10,695 bases of DNA. It comes from a virus. Shown here one piece after another: positions 6,981-10,695 of this stretch. Each line of letters opens with the position of its first letter. Position 1 is the stretch's first letter. The stretch spans positions 1-10,695 of IMG/VR virus record IMGVR_UViG_3300000278_000048; one strand, 5' to 3'. A program made the translations under genes and the position numbers. The notes beneath the pieces were generated by a model, which saw only the letters and a program-made list of their open reading frames with translations, was not told the origin of the DNA and did not search any database.

Positions 6981-8042
6981 ATGATGAATATTGTAAAAAA
7001 TTTAGTAAGTACAAGTTTATATTATTGTAAATGTCCTTTTGACATGAATCCGACTCGTATTGTAGTTCATAATACCGCTAACGATGCTTCGGCTCGAAAT
7101 GAAATTCAGTATATGATTAACAATCGAAATGAGGTTTCATACCATTACGCAATTGATGATAAAGAAATTGTTCAAGGTATTCCCGAGAATAGAAACGCTT
7201 GGCATGCTGGAGATGGTGGTAATGGAATTGGAAATAGACAAGGTATTGCTATTGAAATCTGTTATTCAAAGTCAGGTGGGGCAAGATTTGATGCTGCTGA
7301 ATTATTAGCTGCTAAATTCATTGCATCTAAATTAAAAGAAAAAGGATGGGGAATTGATAAAGTAACTAAACATCAAGACTACTCAAACAAATACTGTCCA
7401 CACAGAACTTTAGATAAAGGATGGCAACGATTCTTAAACATGATTCAAGCGGAATTAGGACAAACTACTCCAAGTTCACCAAGCGCTCCAAGTACTCCAA
7501 GTGGAGAGAAGTATTCTACAGGTACTCCAATTTGCACTAACACATTAAGTGTTAATTGTGATGGTACTGGTAAAGTTTATAAAGGCGATTGGAGCGGTTC
7601 AATCGGCAAAGTTATTAAAGGTTCTAAATATCCATATCGTGTTGATCGCAATGGTGTAGCAATTGGATGGACGAATGATGTGGGTATCGATACAGACCCC
7701 CATACACCAGTAGGCGCTACACAGTCTAGCGCAGAAGCTATCGACCAAATCTTGCATGAAGGAAGCTATGTTACATCTGTACATATGAAAATTGGTAACC
7801 AAGGCTTGAAGAAAATTGGCGATGATTTATGTGCATATCTTGCACAATTAGGTGGCTGGTTTCCAATTCGCTTAGTCGATAAAGTTCCAAATTCAGATGG
7901 ATATAATGACAATGTACTGCATACCACAAATGCAGTAGTCTACGTATCTAGAATCAGAGTCGATGCAGTGAATGTTCAAAAGAATATTGTCAAGATTGGT
8001 GGTGTTTGGGTTGATCCAACACCGTTAACAGAAATTGCATAA
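6981..8042 (+). CDS. Endolysin: N-acetylmuramoyl-L-alanine amidase (Amidase_2/PGRP type) with Pro/Ser linker and unassigned C-terminal wall-binding region
   Basis: SD AGGAGG at 6970-6975. Predicted zinc ligands are H in IVVHNTAN, then H and C in KHQDYSNKYCPH, with the H-x7-C spacing seen in T7 lysozyme-type amidases. AWHAG is present. The linker is TTPSSPSAPSTPS. About 170 C-terminal residues match no family I can name. Confidence 0.9.
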   Translation: MMNIVKNLVSTSLYYCKCPFDMNPTRIVVHNTANDASARNEIQYMINNRNEVSYHYAIDDKEIVQGIPENRNAWHAGDGGNGIGNRQGIAIEICYSKSGGARFDAAELLAAKFIASKLKEKGWGIDKVTKHQDYSNKYCPHRTLDKGWQRFLNMIQAELGQTTPSSPSAPSTPSGEKYSTGTPICTNTLSVNCDGTGKVYKGDWSGSIGKVIKGSKYPYRVDRNGVAIGWTNDVGIDTDPHTPVGATQSSAEAIDQILHEGSYVTSVHMKIGNQGLKKIGDDLCAYLAQLGGWFPIRLVDKVPNSDGYNDNVLHTTNAVVYVSRIRVDAVNVQKNIVKIGGVWVDPTPLTEIA

Positions 8043-8082
8043 AGAGTAAAAATAACACATTCAACTATTTTTTCGTATATTT

Positions 8083-8116
8083 AGCCTATGATTAAGTTCA
8101 TAGGCTGTTTTTTTTA
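8083..8116 (+). terminator. Rho-independent terminator of the late/lysis operon
   Basis: Perfect 9-bp stem AGCCTATGA (8083-8091) / TCATAGGCT (8098-8106) with a 6-nt loop, followed by GTTTTTTTT. Confidence 0.85.
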
Positions 8117-8124
8117 TGTTCAAA

Positions 8125-8147
8125 ATGTATGCTCATAGCATAATGCT
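8125..8147. repeat. Left copy of an imperfect direct repeat bracketing the reverse-strand cassette
   Basis: ATGTATgctcATAGCATAATGCT here versus ATGTATattATAGCATAATGCT at 9020-9041, including an identical 13-mer. It also contains the inverted half-sites TATGCT/AGCATA. Confidence 0.6.
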
Positions 8148-8165
8148 TCGCCTGTGATTGATTTT

Positions 8166-8198
8166 TGATAAAAGAAAAAAGCCTTTTTAATAGGCTTT
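8166..8198 (-). terminator. Rho-independent terminator of the reverse-strand cassette
   Basis: On the - strand the stem AAAGCCT / AGGCTTT (8198-8192 / 8184-8178) has a 7-nt loop and overlaps the stop codon. It is followed by TTTTTTCTTTTATC. Confidence 0.7.
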
Positions 8199-8763
8199 AA
8201 TCCAAATCAATTCCGTAGTAATTTCCAAACGAACAATTCTGATAAACTTCATTAGCTTCATCCCAGTCTTCGCAGAAGTACTCGCCATACATTTTAACGT
8301 GTTTTCCATATCCAACTTCGATGGCAATGTATCCGTTTATTTTGTGATTATCGTCAGAACCAAATTCATCATGAATTGCTTTATCATTACTTGCACATTC
8401 GTATGATCCATTAACTTCAGTATAAATTTCACATGATGTATTTATTTCGCAGATTCTATCTTCAACGTCTGAAGGCCTTCCAAAATATCCTTTGAATTTT
8501 CCAAAATCATCATAATCCTTTAGTTCCTGGATGAATCGGTTAAAATAAGCTTCGTCTTGATTCATTTTATCGATGCTAAACATATCTAGTCCATCCAATG
8601 CGTTTGCTTTCTCAATGGTTTGATTCATTGCGTCTCTAATAACATCCGCTTGAGATACTCCTAAAGCTTTGCAAGCTTGTTTAAATTCTTCGGCAAAATC
8701 ATTTTTGAATCTAGCGGAAATAATTGTCATTTTTTCTTTGTTGTACTTATCTTGTGGTTTCAT
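8197..8763 (-). CDS. Ribbon-helix-helix DNA-binding domain fused to a strongly acidic, Cys/aromatic-rich domain of unknown family
   Basis: SD AAAGGAG lies 6 nt before the ATG at 8763. The N-terminus DKYNKEKMTIISARFKNDFAEEFKQACKALGVSQADVIRDAMNQTIEKA has the RHH layout: beta strand, helix, G-x-S turn, helix. Residues ~56-188 have about 30 D/E versus 11 K/R and 5 Cys, with no recognised motif. Confidence 0.65.
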   Translation of the reverse strand: MKPQDKYNKEKMTIISARFKNDFAEEFKQACKALGVSQADVIRDAMNQTIEKANALDGLDMFSIDKMNQDEAYFNRFIQELKDYDDFGKFKGYFGRPSDVEDRICEINTSCEIYTEVNGSYECASNDKAIHDEFGSDDNHKINGYIAIEVGYGKHVKMYGEYFCEDWDEANEVYQNCSFGNYYGIDLD

Positions 8764-8892
8764 GTTATTCTCCTTTGTTTCTTAAATACATAGCATAAAG
8801 TAATTTAATTAATGCGCTTAATACCAAAAGTCTTCCTAAAAGTTCTAGCATAATTTTAAATGAATAAGTATAATATAGTTGAGGGAGGGAAG

Positions 8893-9003
8893 TTATAAGT
8901 ACTTCCCAATAATCTGAACGATTACCCCAACGATTAACTCCAAAATTGCTTGAATAATTAGCGATGTCCAATCGATTTTGGAGCTTTTCTTTTTCTCATT
9001 CAT
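8893..9003 (-). CDS. 36-aa single-pass membrane peptide (not in the ORF track)
   Basis: GGAGG (9015-9011), a 7-nt spacer, then ATG at 9003. The product is MNEKKKSSKIDWTSLIIQAILELIVGVIVQIIGKYL*. It lies directly downstream of the near-consensus promoter. It is a better candidate than the overlapping 68-aa ORF, which starts at TTG and has no SD. Confidence 0.6.
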   Translation of the reverse strand: MNEKKKSSKIDWTSLIIQAILELIVGVIVQIIGKYL

Positions 9004-9019
9004 CTCTTCACCTCCTTAC

Positions 9020-9041
9020 ATGTATATTATAGCATAATGCT
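9020..9041. repeat. Right copy of the imperfect direct repeat; overlaps the -10 element of the cassette promoter
   Basis: ATGTATattATAGCATAATGCT shares a 13-mer plus ATGTAT with 8125-8147. Confidence 0.6.
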
Positions 9042-9054
9042 AGCATATATGCAA
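9026..9054 (-). promoter_or_regulatory. Sigma-A-type promoter with a palindromic candidate operator in the spacer
   Basis: On the - strand: TTGCAT (9054-9049), a 17-nt spacer, then TATAAT (9031-9026) preceded by TGC (extended -10). The spacer contains the perfect 10-bp palindrome ATGCTAGCAT (9037-9046). Confidence 0.7.
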
Positions 9055-9115
9055 GCACTAAATGAAATATTTTTCTTTTTTATATAATATAGTAAGGAAT
9101 TCAAGCATTAAATAT

Positions 9116-9139
9116 AAGCGCAGTTTCTGCGCTTTTTTT
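9116..9139 (+). terminator. Orphan + strand Rho-independent terminator with no + strand gene upstream
   Basis: Stem AAGCGCA(G) / (C)TGCGCTT with a short TTT-centred loop. It is followed by a run of 7 T, the first two of which belong to the stem. On the - strand it is followed only by ATATTTAATG, so it is oriented for + strand transcripts. Confidence 0.55.
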
Positions 9140-9154
9140 ATTGCCCAAAATCAC

Positions 9155-9202
9155 TGGCATATTTTTCGAGAATTATTGGCATAATTTTTGGCATAAATTT
9201 TT
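9155..9202. repeat. Three same-orientation TGGCATA(A)(A)TTTTT repeats
   Basis: TGGCATATTTTT at 9155-9166, TGGCATAATTTTT at 9177-9189 and TGGCATAAATTTTT at 9189-9202, in the AT-rich junction. Confidence 0.6.
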
Positions 9203-9438
9203 CTAAAAAATAAAATTTTATAGAGAAAATGTAGAAAATAGAATATAAATGTGAGAATATAAGAGTGGCTAGAGACATATATATAATATAGAGAGAATTT
9301 TAATTTTTTTTATGCAAAATTCCATTAAAAAAAGGATGATTTTTCGATATTATAACCAATCTATAACCGTGTGAAGATTATACTAGTCTCAGATAATGAA
9401 AGGGTTATATCGATAACTATAATAAAGGAGGACTTTAT

Positions 9439-10695
9439 ATGCTAAAGAATTTGAAAAAAGCAGCCGCAATTGTATTATCATTTGCGATGGCCGTTCAGTT
9501 TGGCTTAGCAGACTCTTATTATGTAAATGCGGTGGAAGAACCGGTTGAACCTCAACAAGAGGAAACAAAAACAACAACGACTACACCACAAGAGCAAGAA
9601 CAAGAGGAAGTGCCAACAACTGAAGAAGAAACTCCTCAACAACAGGAAGAAGGACAACAACCTGCAGTAGAGGAAGAGCAGCCTGCAGCAGAAGAAGCAC
9701 AACCACAGCCACAGCCTGTTGAACAAGCAGAGGTTAAGGTTTCTTATGTAAAAGAAGATGATACCGATTTGATGGAATCTGTAACAGGTACTTATGATGT
9801 TGGTTACAGATTGGATCAAGATACAAATGTATTCAAAGAAGCTCATGAAGCATTTGAATTTGAATATGCATTTGTGAATGGTAACAAAGAAAACAAAATC
9901 ACTAAGGATCAAGTTAAAGCTTCTGGTTTAACAGTAACTAGTGATATGACAAGTTTAACTCTTGTTTATAAGGAAAAGGCTAGTACAGAAAAGCCTAAGA
10001 AAGCTAACAAGCAAGAACCTGCTAAAACAGAAACTACTTCTGAAAGTGATGATGCTTCTGATGCCGACACGACTGAATCTCAAGAAACGGCAGTACAATT
10101 AACTGAGTTCTTTGTCGTAGCAAGTCAGAACCAAGTAACAAAAGGTGAAACAGCTCAATTAACATTGACTATTAAACCTGATAACTATCCTAATAAAGAT
10201 GTAACTTGGTCTTCATCAAATGATGCAACAGCTACAGTAGATAAAAATGGTTTAGTAACAACTCATGAAGTTGGAACTGTAACAATTAAAGCAACATTGA
10301 AATCAGATCCAGCTATTTCATCAAGTGTAACAATCGTTGTCAATCCAATTAAGGTAAGTAAGATTACTGTAAATGGTTATGATAAAGAATATTTAGTAAA
10401 AGATGATACTGTTATATTAACAACAACCGTTGAGCCAAGTGATGCAGCTAATAAGAGTATTGTTTGGTCTTCATCAAATGAAGAAGTTGCAACAGTTGAT
10501 CAAAACGGTAAAGTAACAGCAGTAGGTCAAGGTACAGTTTCAATCAAGGCAATGAATGATGATTCAGGTGTCTATGGTGAACAAGTAATTACTGTTTATG
10601 ATGATACACCAATTACAGAATCTGTTAATGTATGGGTTACAAATGAATCTCAGGGTGTTTCATATCAATTTAATATTCCAGTAAATGGAAATGAA
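9439..10695 (+). CDS. Secreted surface protein with an acidic P/E/Q-rich linker and at least two Big_2 (bacterial Ig-like group 2) domains; 3' truncated by the window end
   Basis: SD AAAGGAGG at 9424-9431, 7 nt, then ATG at 9439. The frame is open for 419 codons to the window end, which is probably why it is absent from the track. The signal peptide is MLKNLKKAAAIVLSFAMAVQFGLADSYYVNA. Big_2 signatures: TAQLTLTIKPDNYPNKDVTWSSSNDATATVDKNGLVTTHEVGTVTIKA and VILTTTVEPSDAANKSIVWSSSNEEVATVDQNGKVTAVGQGTVSIKA. Confidence 0.85.
   Translation, partial: MLKNLKKAAAIVLSFAMAVQFGLADSYYVNAVEEPVEPQQEETKTTTTTPQEQEQEEVPTTEEETPQQQEEGQQPAVEEEQPAAEEAQPQPQPVEQAEVKVSYVKEDDTDLMESVTGTYDVGYRLDQDTNVFKEAHEAFEFEYAFVNGNKENKITKDQVKASGLTVTSDMTSLTLVYKEKASTEKPKKANKQEPAKTETTSESDDASDADTTESQETAVQLTEFFVVASQNQVTKGETAQLTLTIKPDNYPNKDVTWSSSNDATATVDKNGLVTTHEVGTVTIKATLKSDPAISSSVTIVVNPIKVSKITVNGYDKEYLVKDDTVILTTTVEPSDAANKSIVWSSSNEEVATVDQNGKVTAVGQGTVSIKAMNDDSGVYGEQVITVYDDTPITESVNVWVTNESQGVSYQFNIPVNGNE

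Noticed and set aside
7758-7787. Internal in-frame start (ATG 7785, MKIGNQ...) that could yield a free wall-binding domain, as in some clostridial and enterococcal endolysins
   Set aside because: The only purine-rich stretch (GAAGGAAG, 7758-7765) is about 19 nt upstream, too far to act as an SD.
7599-7802. 67-aa - strand ORF inside the endolysin gene
   Set aside because: It is antisense to a gene with an unambiguous amidase signature and has no SD.
8765-8851. 28-aa sub-ORF MLELLGRLLVLSALIKLLYAMYLRNKGE ending 1 nt before the RHH gene start (toxin-like amphipathic peptide)
   Set aside because: No SD precedes its ATG (ATTTAAAATTATG). The tight stop-start spacing is suggestive but not enough. 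It is worth revisiting if ribosome profiling shows occupancy.
8765-8971. 68-aa - strand ORF from the track (MDIANYSS...)
   Set aside because: It starts at TTG with no SD, and it overlaps the 36-aa ORF that has a perfect SD and ATG right after the promoter. I treat it as a by-product. One caveat: its stop lies 1 nt from the RHH gene ATG.
9091-9116. tRNA or tmRNA 3' fragment as an att core before the orphan terminator
   Set aside because: There is no T-arm-like GGTTCRANYC stem-loop or CCA-type end, and the sequence does not fold as an acceptor/T-arm.
9177-9195. Sigma-54-like -24/-12 element (TGGCAT-N7-TTGGCA)
   Set aside because: The -12 element reads TTGGCA rather than TTGCA, and the GG-to-GC spacing is off by one. 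The same TGGCATA unit repeats three times, which fits a protein-binding repeat better than a promoter.
9418-9423. TATAAT hexamer as the promoter of the surface-protein gene
   Set aside because: It abuts the SD (9424-9431), so a transcript starting downstream would lack the ribosome-binding site. The real promoter is probably further upstream and was not identified with confidence.
9389-9912. Two - strand ORFs (9389-9577, 9505-9912) rich in L/F/C
   Set aside because: They are antisense images of the GAA/CAA-rich acidic linker of the + strand surface-protein gene.

Overview
This window is the late-region end of a temperate siphovirus-like prophage from a low-GC, Bacillota-type genome, plus what lies just beyond it. 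On the + strand, in order:
- the end of a gene in the Dit position
- a Tal-like tail-tip protein
- a stand-alone CHAP peptidoglycan hydrolase
- a cluster of small baseplate and fibre genes, one apparently frameshifted
- a receptor-binding fibre
- a PBSX-style pair: an XkdW-position gene and an XkdX gene missing from the ORF track
- a lysis cassette of holin, TM/coiled-coil protein and Amidase_2 endolysin

The + strand operon stops at a strong terminator (8083-8116) that faces a second, - strand terminator. Beyond these sits a self-contained reverse-strand cassette, which I rate the most interesting element. It has a near-consensus promoter containing a palindrome, an unlisted 36-aa membrane peptide, and an RHH domain fused to a very acidic orphan domain.

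Next comes an AT-rich, repeat-bearing junction. After that, a + strand gene for a secreted Big_2-repeat surface protein runs off the window and is also absent from the ORF track.

I saw no rRNA, tRNA, CRISPR array, transposase or integrase. All family names come from motif recognition by eye; no searches were run.
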